The notes under the pieces were generated by a model. That model saw only the letters and a program-made list of their open reading frames with translations. It ran no database searches and had not been told where the DNA came from. A program made the translations under genes and the position numbers. A DNA stretch of 64,000 nt, taken from positions 16,554,001 to 16,618,000 of the forward strand of contig OZ365116.1 of NCBI GenBank assembly GCA_977030845.1, given 5' to 3'. This document shows, piece after piece, positions 38,635-48,458 of this stretch. How positions within the stretch are numbered: position 1 is the stretch's first letter; each line of letters begins with the position of its first letter. Source of the DNA: Fimbriosthenelais zetlandica (taxonomy: Eukaryota).

Positions 38635-40440
38635 CTAATCAGGGAAAGACGAAGATTGGAGTAGAGCTCTCAGAGACCGTTTAAATCTTGGTGAATCACT
38701 AATAGACCTAAGTCCTGGGGAGAGCTTATTCCAAAAATTAACTATACTATAAATTAATGAATTTTGCGTTTTTTTAAGTTTAGGAATTGGCAATCTAATA
38801 AATGGAGCTTGTAGTGCTCTAGTTGAATGTGTAGGATTAACTATGTATGGATTTAAAAGATTAGAGTGATGTACTATCCAATGCCCCAACTTTCCCAATA
38901 TGAAATCTTGCCTCACATCTAACTGCATTACATTACAGTCTTTGTATAGGGACATGACATTCGATCTTACTTCCCTTTTGAGGACAGTCCTGAGAGCTCT
39001 GTTAACCAGTCTTCCCAACTTAGTAAAGGATTTTTGTGAGACAGCAGTGTAACAATAGAGACTATAATCGATCAGTGGAAGTATATAACTTTTGAAAAGC
39101 TGGATTGCAATGTCAGTATTAATAAACTTGCGAACCAGACACAGGAGATATACCTTGTCATTCACCTTGGATACAGTATCATTAAGGGATTGTTCAAAAG
39201 TGAGCATATTATCCAACCTAACTCCCAAGTAGTTAAAACTAGTTACCCAATTGATCAAGGTACCTGACAGTCTAAGCTCAAAGTCTTTTAAATTCAACCC
39301 TTTTAGCAAAGAGGGAATACCAAATACCATCGCCTCTGTCTTTTTAGTATTAACGGTAAGCCTATTTTGAACTGACCAATTAAATACTTTCTGAAGGTCA
39401 TTTTGTAACACAGAAACTAATTGAGATGCATCATTCCCAGAGTGTACTAAAGCCACATCATCCGCATAAAGCACAAGATCACATTCACAGTCAGTGTTAG
39501 TTATAATATCATTAACAAATAAGCTAAATAAGGTCGGCCCCAACGAGGACCCCTGCGGTACGCCGTAGGAAACGGATGCTAACTTAGAGTATGTATCTGG
39601 TGCAATCTTAACTTGCTGTTGCCGATTAGAAAGGTAACTCTCAAAAATTTTGTAAGAAGAATCATCAAAACACAAAGTCTTAATTTTTGTAAGCAATACA
39701 TTATGAGAAACGCTATCAAAAGCTTTTCTGAAGTCAATAAAACAACAGAAAGTTAACTTTGACTCGGCTTGTGACAAGTTAATCTTAGACAGCAGATGCG
39801 TAATTGCATTAACAGTACCCCTGCCTTTTCTAAAACCATATTGTGCGTTAGCGAGGATATTATTAGACTCCATATACTTCGTGAGTTGAGAGTTAAGAAT
39901 TTTTTCAATGATCTTACCAGGAATTGGAAGGATTGAAATAGGCCTAATATTATCAAGAACAGTGTGATCACCCTTTTTCGGCAGTGGCGTTACAATCCCA
40001 ATCTTCCAGTCGTCAGGGAAGATACTAGTCTCAAAAATAAGTGAACATAGAAATGAAAACTGATCCAATAGTCCGATAAGGGCATTAAGAAGTAACTTTG
40101 AGCTCACATTACGATAACCAGAAGACTTATGATGGCTAATAGCATTAATTATTATAGAGAGTTCTTCTTTGTTAACTTGCTGATTTAACTTAAATTTTTC
40201 AGTATCATCTGGTAATAAAAAGTTTGAGTGCACATTATCAGGAGAGCTAGGCAGGTTAGCATCAAGTTTCGCCCCAATGGTACAAAAGAATTCATTGATG
40301 GTAGATGCAGAACGAGGACCATCCAATAATTCACCAGAGACCGGGTCCTTAACATTAGTGACACCACACTTTTTGCTGTCACCATCAGACATGTTCATTT
40401 CATTCTCCACATAATCTTGCTTGGCTCTCTTGTACAACAC
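38635..40440 (-). CDS. LINE ORF2 reverse transcriptase, N-terminally truncated
   Basis: 601-aa stop-free frame with canonical non-LTR RT motifs: WKIGIVTPLPKKGD, NIRPISILP, QYGFRKGRGT, FIDFRKAFDSVSH, GVPQGSSLGPTLF, catalytic YADD (39457-39468) and YLGVRLD. It ends in a CR1-group-like FWNKLSP...FKRSL. The track's start is a GTG; the frame stays open up to the 40505 junction (LGKRHNDASSIKIARSLANELKV), so there is no true start codon. Confidence 0.93.
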   Translation of the reverse strand: MLYKRAKQDYVENEMNMSDGDSKKCGVTNVKDPVSGELLDGPRSASTINEFFCTIGAKLDANLPSSPDNVHSNFLLPDDTEKFKLNQQVNKEELSIIINAISHHKSSGYRNVSSKLLLNALIGLLDQFSFLCSLIFETSIFPDDWKIGIVTPLPKKGDHTVLDNIRPISILPIPGKIIEKILNSQLTKYMESNNILANAQYGFRKGRGTVNAITHLLSKINLSQAESKLTFCCFIDFRKAFDSVSHNVLLTKIKTLCFDDSSYKIFESYLSNRQQQVKIAPDTYSKLASVSYGVPQGSSLGPTLFSLFVNDIITNTDCECDLVLYADDVALVHSGNDASQLVSVLQNDLQKVFNWSVQNRLTVNTKKTEAMVFGIPSLLKGLNLKDFELRLSGTLINWVTSFNYLGVRLDNMLTFEQSLNDTVSKVNDKVYLLCLVRKFINTDIAIQLFKSYILPLIDYSLYCYTAVSQKSFTKLGRLVNRALRTVLKREVRSNVMSLYKDCNVMQLDVRQDFILGKLGHWIVHHSNLLNPYIVNPTHSTRALQAPFIRLPIPKLKKTQNSLIYSIVNFWNKLSPGLRSISDSPRFKRSLRALLQSSSFPD

Positions 40441-40505
40441 TTTTAATTCATTTGCCAGCGACCTGGCAATCTTAATACTACTTGCATCATTATGCCTCTT
40501 GCCTA

Positions 40506-40620
40506 ATTTATCTGTGGTGTAGTGAGTGGATCTGTAGTTTAAGTTGTTTTGTATTTATCTGTGGTGTAGTGAGTGGATCTGTAGTTTAAGTTGTTTTGTA
40601 TTTATCTGTGGTGTAGTGAG
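40506..40620. repeat. 47-bp minisatellite, right half (rest of the split unit plus 2 perfect units)
   Basis: The same unit resumes in register at 40506 (ATTTATCTGTGG...), with full units at 40525 and 40572. Confidence 0.97.
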
Positions 40621-43103
40621 TGTGGGTTATTTATGATTGCCTTCTGGCTGTCCCTGATGACCTTTGGTGGGAGGCTGGAGGCGGGCAGGGCGGGGTATAT
40701 TCACCCAGCTCATCCTATTACAAGATAACTATGAATGGCAGCTTTACCCTTCATTGGCATGATCGGCAGGGTCTCATAGTTCATCAGCCAGGTCACAGGG
40801 GGCGTGGTGGTGTTACTCGCCGATGAGAGGCACCGTCGTATACAAGGTGTGCTTGATTGCGAGTTCTCTGACACTAATGAGCCCCATTCCCACCGGCCAA
40901 ATGATGCTGCCAGCCGCCCAGGGCCGGATTCCGCAGGATCGACACGATCAAACGCACCAACAAACGCCTCCTAAGTTCCAATCTTGGGTCATGGATAATG
41001 CCATCTGGACTTGCCACGGGCCTGCCATTCCGGGTGATGTATTCACAGCATCGATAATAATGGTGCCTGGGGTTCACTGCAGCTCTTCTATTTTTACCGA
41101 ATTGTGATATTCTTGTCCATCCACTCTTTCAGGTCTTTGAAACACTCGTATATAACAAGTAGTTAGAAGAAAAAGATGACTTTGAAATTTAACGGCTGAC
41201 TTTCATTGCAACATTGGGCAAGACTTCCGGTTTATGACATCCGGTTTGCAGTGTCTGGTGGAGAGCTTCCAGTTGTTCTCACTTGGGGACAGTAGTGCAT
41301 CACACGGCAAACGGTGGTCAAGATGCATCAGCCATGGCTGGTAGTAAATCTTCCCTCCATAGCCTTTAGGCAAGATCTGGAGATTTTGGAGGTCTAGCTT
41401 CATTACGGATTTTATTTTCAATTCACTTCCTGTTATGCTTTATTCCATATCTGGTAATAAAATCCAGTGGAAAGAGCTATTCTAGAATTTAAATCCAACC
41501 AATGAGTTTGCATTCCACTTATGGCTTTTACCAGTCAAGGGATACACCTTTCATTCGCCAGCCATCCTCCAATCTGCTGTGACACAGATAACGGTGACGC
41601 TGGGCCTGATAGTGACTGATAAGCTATATCAGTGATGTATGCAGCAAGACAAACCAGCCCGACCGAAAACAACCTGCCAAGACCATGCTGCAACATGAGC
41701 CCATTTTTAACAAAAGGGGCTGTTTCTGAAAAAAATATACACAGTCCCCTATATGTCGCCAATGTCCAATTCACCTCCCACTGCCTGTGACACGGACCCC
41801 CGGGTTTGGCTGCTGGTGATAAGAGTTGGGAGGAAACGCTCGTGTCTTTTTATGTGACATATTATCAGCCAAGAGGGGAACGAGGTCAATTCATTATCAA
41901 AGAACTAATTTACGTTTATTACGTTTTTATCTAAGAATGACAATACGCTTTCTATCATAAACCAAGGTCATTGTGTCTGGCAGTCTTGATTAATTGGATC
42001 ATGTATGCTTGGAAATAAATGTAAAAAATGAGAAAAAATCAAAGATCAAGAAATAAAGGGACATGTCCTTAGGCTACATAATTAGATTTCAGTGGATTTG
42101 ATTTCTACCTTGGTTAATGTGTCTGTTAATATTTTAATCTTCCCTGAATTCTGTCTGCATCGAAAGGGTCAGGTTTAAACTCACTACTGTCAAGAATCGG
42201 TTGCTTAACCAAGTGAGCTAACTCAATAAGCATAATCAAGGCATCAGTGAGCATAAACAAGGCATCCACTGAGAAATACAATGTGTGAACCTAAACCTAG
42301 GTTTGTGATCCGATGGAAAATCGATTCTTGTGTAGATAGCATTTGGGCTGGGCAATTGCCAAGACTTTACATTGACTGACTTGGTTCCCATGAAACTGTC
42401 GTATCCAATGGCCTTTTACACTTTTTGACTCTTCATCCACCCATTTTCCTATGGGAAATAGAAGCACTAGTCTCAGAAGAGATTTTTCCAATTATGTCCT
42501 GGTTGGGGTGAGGTAAAGGGATGTCTTTTCTTGAGCAAACATTGTATAATATTCTGTCTCGTGTGTATTTTCACCAACTATGAAAACAAAGTCATTTCTA
42601 GGCAAATGATATAATATACTTTTGCCCAGTGTTATTTAGGGAGCGCAAAAATAGTTTATACCCCACGGTTTGGCAAACAAGGCCATAAATCAACCTAGAC
42701 AATTAATGGGCAAGTAAAGAGGAGACCTTTCTTCGGTTAAATCAGACATCCACAACAAAATCTAAAGCCGTATATTATGATATTTCACTTGGTCAAAAAT
42801 ATAATCAATCGTCCCCTAACAACCTTTCCTTGGAATTAGTTTGAAAAATAATAATATTTTTACCTAACTTTTAATGATAAGATCTATATCTCGGTTCCTT
42901 GGTAATTGGTTGTATGTAATCTGTGCGGCCGTGGAGACATCAGTTTAATGAGGCTAATTAATGTCTGTGACGCTAAGTTGGAAATTAATCATCGGCGAAC
43001 ATTTATACTACACGGCGCACGAGTTAGTTCACTACCTGATGTTTAACCATTTTTTAACCAACTGCTATGTGAAACTGCAGTGCAAATGAAGAAATGTTTA
43101 GGG

Positions 43104-43137
43104 TGCTAATCAAACTTTTCAATTTTTCCAGGTGAGC
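43104..43137 (+). other. Recursive-splice-site-like motif (CTAAT branch + pyrimidine tract + CAG|GTGAGC)
   Basis: TGCTAATCAAACTTTTCAATTTTTCCAG|GTGAGC, junction 43131/43132. Confidence 0.35.
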
Positions 43138-46100
43138 CTCCCTACAACTTTATGATTTCTTCTCTGAAATATGCACAGTAAACAGTAAGTGATTCAAGTT
43201 ATAAAATCAAGTCAAGTCACACATGTAATTAGATTTTATTGTTAAATCTATTTTAAATTATATTTTTTGTATGGCATGATCAGAAATTAGAAAAATTCAT
43301 TCATATGAGCACGCCTGTCAAAGAGTATGGTTAAATAAAAAGTCCTGATGGCACAAACAAAAACTTGTGGGATTTCCCTACGCATCTGTCGCTCCATCTT
43401 CCTGCCCATTCCCCCTTTCACCCAGTAAAAATCCCATCCCTGCATCTCACATTCCTCCCTAATTTACCAAATTTCCACATCTATCCAACACCCCAATATC
43501 TTCTTGCTTTTACCACACTTTTCCCTTCCAGCCTCTCCCCTCTCACTTCTCAGAAGAACTTCTAAGAAGAGGTTTTGTGGGAGAGATTGCATGTTTTATG
43601 TTCCAGTAAGACTTGGCCTCCTATATTAGATTCTAGGGCACGTTTCACATCAAACTACAATAAAACAATCACGCCTCATATGATAATAAATACTACCAAT
43701 CTACCGCGCTACCATACATCACACCTATCCCTCAAACCCATCATCACTTTTGTAATGAAATGCAATTATTTTATTGAATGCAAAAGATTTTTATCACAAA
43801 TATTATTTCATATTATGAAATGCAAACCACGTCTTATGAGACGGACCCTACCCACTACGCACTAAGGATGCTACACATGATGTTCCCTCCTCCCCTGAGA
43901 CCGTCCTTCCAGAAACCTGTGAACATAAAATCAGCCCACTCTCACATCCTTCCTCCCAACCCCATATATGTGAACTTCCTACATACTCCCCTACCACAAA
44001 TTAGCATAAGTGCTCAGACGCATAAAACAGCTTTTTCCTAAGAGATTCTGAGGGGGGACAGAATATATAGATGGCTTTGCAGGTGGGAGCTCTTTTTTGC
44101 CAAAGGCACGAGGAAGAGACAAAGGACCTGGTTTCATTGGTAAGAGGTTCATAAGACAAAAAATAACTCAGTCTCAGTTAAGTAAGTCAGAGCTTATAAT
44201 CCCGGTGGTATACACGATGGCAGGTTTGTTCCGACTAAGGTATATATAACCATAATTCTATTGTGAAGATTGGAAGGGAAGGATTGATACATCAATGTCT
44301 TTCAGGCTGACAAATTGATGTGTTAGCACTAACCTGAGTTTTTTTTAGCGCAGGAGTTAAGCTATAGCCCAAGTCGATGAATAGAATGGGACTGACTGGT
44401 ACATAGAACATAGTATATTAATGCTCTTCATAAGGTATGCACATGGTAACAATGTACTAGGGAGATGAGTATCTGTGAAAAATTGACGAACTAAAAAGCT
44501 CATGAAATTATCTAATGGTATCTTCACATGAGTTCCTAGAATTTAGCCAGTATATCCAACCCTTTAATCGTAATATTTCACAGAACACCTCAATATAAAC
44601 AAAACGTTTGATAGAACTCGCTTTTCTATATAGCTGGTAACGCTGTGCCCCTCTGTTGACAATCCAATGCATAGATGCAGGAGTCGGCAGATAGGCAGTC
44701 TATCCTGACCCACACTTCCTGTTTATTCTGGGGCAAGTTGAATAAAATGTAACAGAGGTTTGGTGTTGTTAACACTGAGCAATATCAATAAATAGCTGGA
44801 TTCACAAGCCAGCGCAGATTCTAAAAATCATTAGAGAAACTTTAAAGGGAAGGGGGAAGGGGGGAGTAGCAGAAGGGGTAGGGGTGAGCAGAAGTATAGG
44901 ACAGGAGGACGAGGTATGAATGAGATAGGAGGAAGGCCTGTCATACATGTAACATGCCAGCATTTTCATATCTCTGTTTTAATGTAATCTTGTGCTCTCG
45001 TCACTCAACCAGAGCTCAAACAAAGCTGAAGGGAGTGGAAACAAAAGAGGCATTGATTAGTCTATTGTCAAAAGGCAGCTAAGCTTTAACTCTTCCTAGC
45101 CATTCAGATAACAGAGATATATGGGGTGCAGTGAGGGGTACTTGATGCAGTATTTCGCATATAATATTTTGTTCATAGCATCGCTTTCGTAGACCTTGAA
45201 AATCCCAAATATACTGTCTCAGTGGACCTAGCTCAGGATTAATTGAGTTTCCAAGTCTTAAGAAGACTGGCAATATTCCATATGATGAAACATAAGGTCA
45301 TACAATGAAATATGTATAATTACGGAGAGGAATGATAAAGAGGAAAAACAATTAATTACAAGTTATTTATCTCTTGTTGGCGGTAGACATATACATATAC
45401 CTTCTGTCATCCTCCCATAACAAATGAGCAATGGCCTTGACTATATAGCAAAGTCGATGAAGTATCTGAATGTACAAACCATAGCGATTTAGTCAGAGTA
45501 GACTTTCTTACGATTGTTTTCAATCAATTTCATGAACTTAAGACATATACGTAAGGAGACTCGGAGGTGGGTTGGCAGCAATTATGATGTTTATTAGACT
45601 CCTACACATAAACATAACAATACAACCTTAAATTTAAAAGTCTTTTGCGTGCGGCTGCAGCGCTGATGACGGTTGATATAGAACGGTCCCCTAGTCACAG
45701 TGACGTAGCAGACGTTGCCAAGACCCCCTCTCCCTGACGATATAGCCAGCGACACGGCTGGGCCTGTCGCTTACACGATTTAAGACAGTCTCTAAAACAA
45801 TTAGACCCGTGTTTTAATTGTGGTTATGCTTTTAGAGCCCAGTGGATCTAGGACTTATGCCAATTTAAATCTACATCTCTGTTTGAAACAACCGTAATGG
45901 GTTTTAATGAAAAATGAGAATAATTCATTATGTACAAACTAAATCATTAGTCATCCCTTTGACTCCCACGGAGCCTCAGTGTAAGGCTTGATTTATTTCC
46001 GGCACTAAAGGCGTTACTTTAATTAAAGGGACAAATATGAGCAGTAAAACACTCAATTATTCATAACCTATTGAATGGTAAATGTGTAATTTCTGCTCCA

Positions 46101-46571
46101 TGTACAATAGGGATGGCAAGTAGGATAGCATGTGCACATACATGCATGTAAACATTTTGAGGGAATCAGACCAAGGAAATAGTAAATATTAGAGTCGTTG
46201 GTACATTCCCATTCATATATTTATCAAATATTCTGTTTGATGCAAGCCGAGCATTGCTTTGAGTTCTGCTCCTGTCTTATGTCTCCTAGGTTTGCTCACA
46301 ATAATTGAGAGTTAGTCAGTAGCCACACCTCACATTCATTGCCACCTCGTCATATTTTACACTTCATTTAGCCGTGATAATCAGCCACACTTCCTGCTTT
46401 AGATACGCCACCACGCGCCATGGAGCAAGGCTTCCACCCACCAAGCAATGAGCACTGTGAGCAGAAGGAATCAGCTCAGAGCTGGGTGCGATTTACGAGC
46501 AGCTCGGCAGCGGAACACTCTCACTGCTTCATACAATTAACAATAATTCCTGAAGCTCAGAGAGGCAGTCA

Positions 46572-46671
46572 CTCTCCCTCCTCCCCTTCTCTCTCCTTTT
46601 CTCTCCTTTTCTCTTGCCTCTTCTCTTTCCCCTTCTCTCCTCTCTCTCACCTTCCCTTCTCTCACTCTCCC
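46572..46671 (+). repeat. ~100-nt polypyrimidine low-complexity tract
   Basis: Nearly pure C/T run (CTCTCCTTTT-type units) with only a few purines. Confidence 0.85.
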
Positions 46672-47239
46672 ACTATAAAGTGTTGGACTTGGTAGGTACT
46701 TCAAAATCATCTCCTAATCTCCACATTTATTCCTAATATACTGCTTTTCTCTGCTTACAAATAACACAAAATACGCGTGTCTACTCAGAAAGGAGGAAAT
46801 TAAAACTACTTTTAGTGATGAAAGCAAATGGTGGTGAATGAATCATGAGTCCATCTTGTGACATGCAAGCTGCCTGTGTCGGTGCGCCATAAACGCCATC
46901 CCAGAAATGGCTTTCACTCCTCCCTAGGCAGACACCAGGTGGGAAAGCATGTTGATTTAACATGTTTTTGTGGAATTAATCCTCTCAATTTTGATTATGA
47001 TTAAATGCTTTCTCTCTGAATTGCCGCTAAGCAAATGGATAATTTCTAATTAATTTGGAAGTTGTTTGCTTTAGAAACGATTAGATGATTTATAATGATT
47101 GTAAGTGGTTGGAAACTGGGATGGGTGGGGGAGCGGTAGGGGAGGGGTAGCCGAGTTCTCTATATATTCAGCTCTCTATTGAAACATATATATAGGCATT
47201 GAATGATACACGTACCAGCAATATACGTACCATCATTAT

Positions 47240-47325
47240 GCAAGTCAGCCCAGGTATTGGACCCTGCACCTTTGATCCTAGAAGATATTCTTGATGAACT
47301 GGTTCTCTCTATCATTGTGAGGATG
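47240..47325 (-). mobile_element. Decayed tRNA-derived SINE-like head
   Basis: Minus strand TGATAGAGAG...TAGGATCAAAGGTGCAGGGTCCAATACC resembles a tRNA anticodon/T-arm region. Confidence 0.3.
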
Positions 47326-48094
47326 TGGCCATATCACTGAGCCTAACAAAAATAACCTTCTGTGGCATTTAATAATCAATTACTGAAGGCCTGGCCACTG
47401 GCGAGTGAATAACAGTTAATTTTTTAGACCAGTAAAGTCCATATTGGGAGAAGTAGGTGATTAGAGGCATGCTTAACCATACCAAGTGGAAGGTAGAGGA
47501 TTAGGTGTGGAATACAGGATGGGTTGGATTAGGCGGGTCGGGGAGGAGGAGGGGAGAGAAAGAGGGAATGGAGTTAGATTGCTCCCCAGGGATCTCCAGA
47601 AAAGACATTCAGCTTAGCTCACAGCTGTGTATTTAAAACTGTGAAAAGGAACCTTGTTTATCATCAAGAATTCAGCTTGAGAAGATTAAAATCTTATTTT
47701 ATTAAGTCACAAATATTAGTCGGTCTTTTAGCTTGGTGTGACTTTAGATCATTTGAGCATGTCTGGGGAGGGTGAGCACTGTCAGCTCACATAATGCCAC
47801 AAAGTTAGCTTATCTATCACTGCATGCGAGGCCAACCAGTAGGAAATATATATCCTATTGTTAGTCTAACAAAGGATACCATTCCAATAAACATGCGATC
47901 TCTTTTCAAGAGCTAGCTTGCTACAGACATGCCAGCATAAAAATAACATGATTACAGAGGTTGCCTGATGGCACTGGACATTGAGGTATCTTTATACACT
48001 TATTATCAATGAATCCTATATACACCCCCTCAATATAGACTATGTGTTCTCTGTACCTCCACATGATGACAATATCATTTGCACTAAAAGCATC

Positions 48095-48190
48095 ACTGAT
48101 ACCAATGAAGACTGCATAGAAAGAACAGGATTCAAACCGAGTACCTTCGAGTCAATACAGGTTTGGTCCGACTCAATAAACCTCAATAAG
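48095..48190 (-). mobile_element. Decayed tRNA-derived SINE-like head
   Basis: Minus strand CGAAGGTACTCGGTTTGAATCCTGTTCTTTCT. It has a B-box-like core and shares the TCTTTCT continuation with the copy at ~1218. Confidence 0.4.
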
Positions 48191-48325
48191 CCATAGATGC
48201 ATATTGATATTCACAGGGCCTCCTTTCCTAATATATTATTATATTATTTATAATGAAATGGGCCCCTGCAAGACAAACCTTGGCATCTAAACATTAGTTC
48301 CATGGGCCGGCATTAAGCATATTAC

Positions 48326-48458
48326 CCTGGGAGTATCCATCACAGGAAGTGATTTGATCCAGCCTCGCCATAATGCATTGCTTGTACACGCGAGTGTCCA
48401 GTGCTGTGCTGGAGCCGTCCCTGGCTCTGGTGGCCATCCGGGCCTCCACCAGCCTGCC
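48326..48458 (-). CDS. Candidate 133-nt coding exon (GRLVEARMATRARDGSSTALDTRVYKQCIMARLDQITSCDGYSQ), product unknown
   Basis: 32 of 44 codons end in G/C against a ~40% GC background. Acceptor CCAATCAG, donor CAGG|GTAATA. The plus-strand shadow frame is also codon-like, so the strand is uncertain. Confidence 0.3.

Larger units (their letters stand above)
38215..40505 (-). mobile_element. 5'-truncated non-LTR retrotransposon (LINE), CR1 group (L2/Crack/Daphne-like), inserted in a 47-bp minisatellite
   Basis: Intact RT frame, ~400-nt T-rich 3'UTR, and an A-rich tail (minus strand ...GATAAATAAAAAATAAAAAAA) abutting the left array half. The 5' end is cut mid-ORF2 with no endonuclease or ORF1. ATTTAT lies at both junctions (38209-38214 and 40506-40511). 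The clade call rests on RT and C-terminal motifs and is approximate. Confidence 0.92.

Noticed and set aside
39753-40385. Two short minus-strand ORFs (72 and 66 aa) inside the LINE
   Set aside because: Alternative frames overlapping the real RT frame.
40988-41002. VMDNA motif, reminiscent of IS630/Tc1 DDE transposases
   Set aside because: No other catalytic-motif context (first Asp block, LPPY/SPDLNPIE) and no TIRs found.
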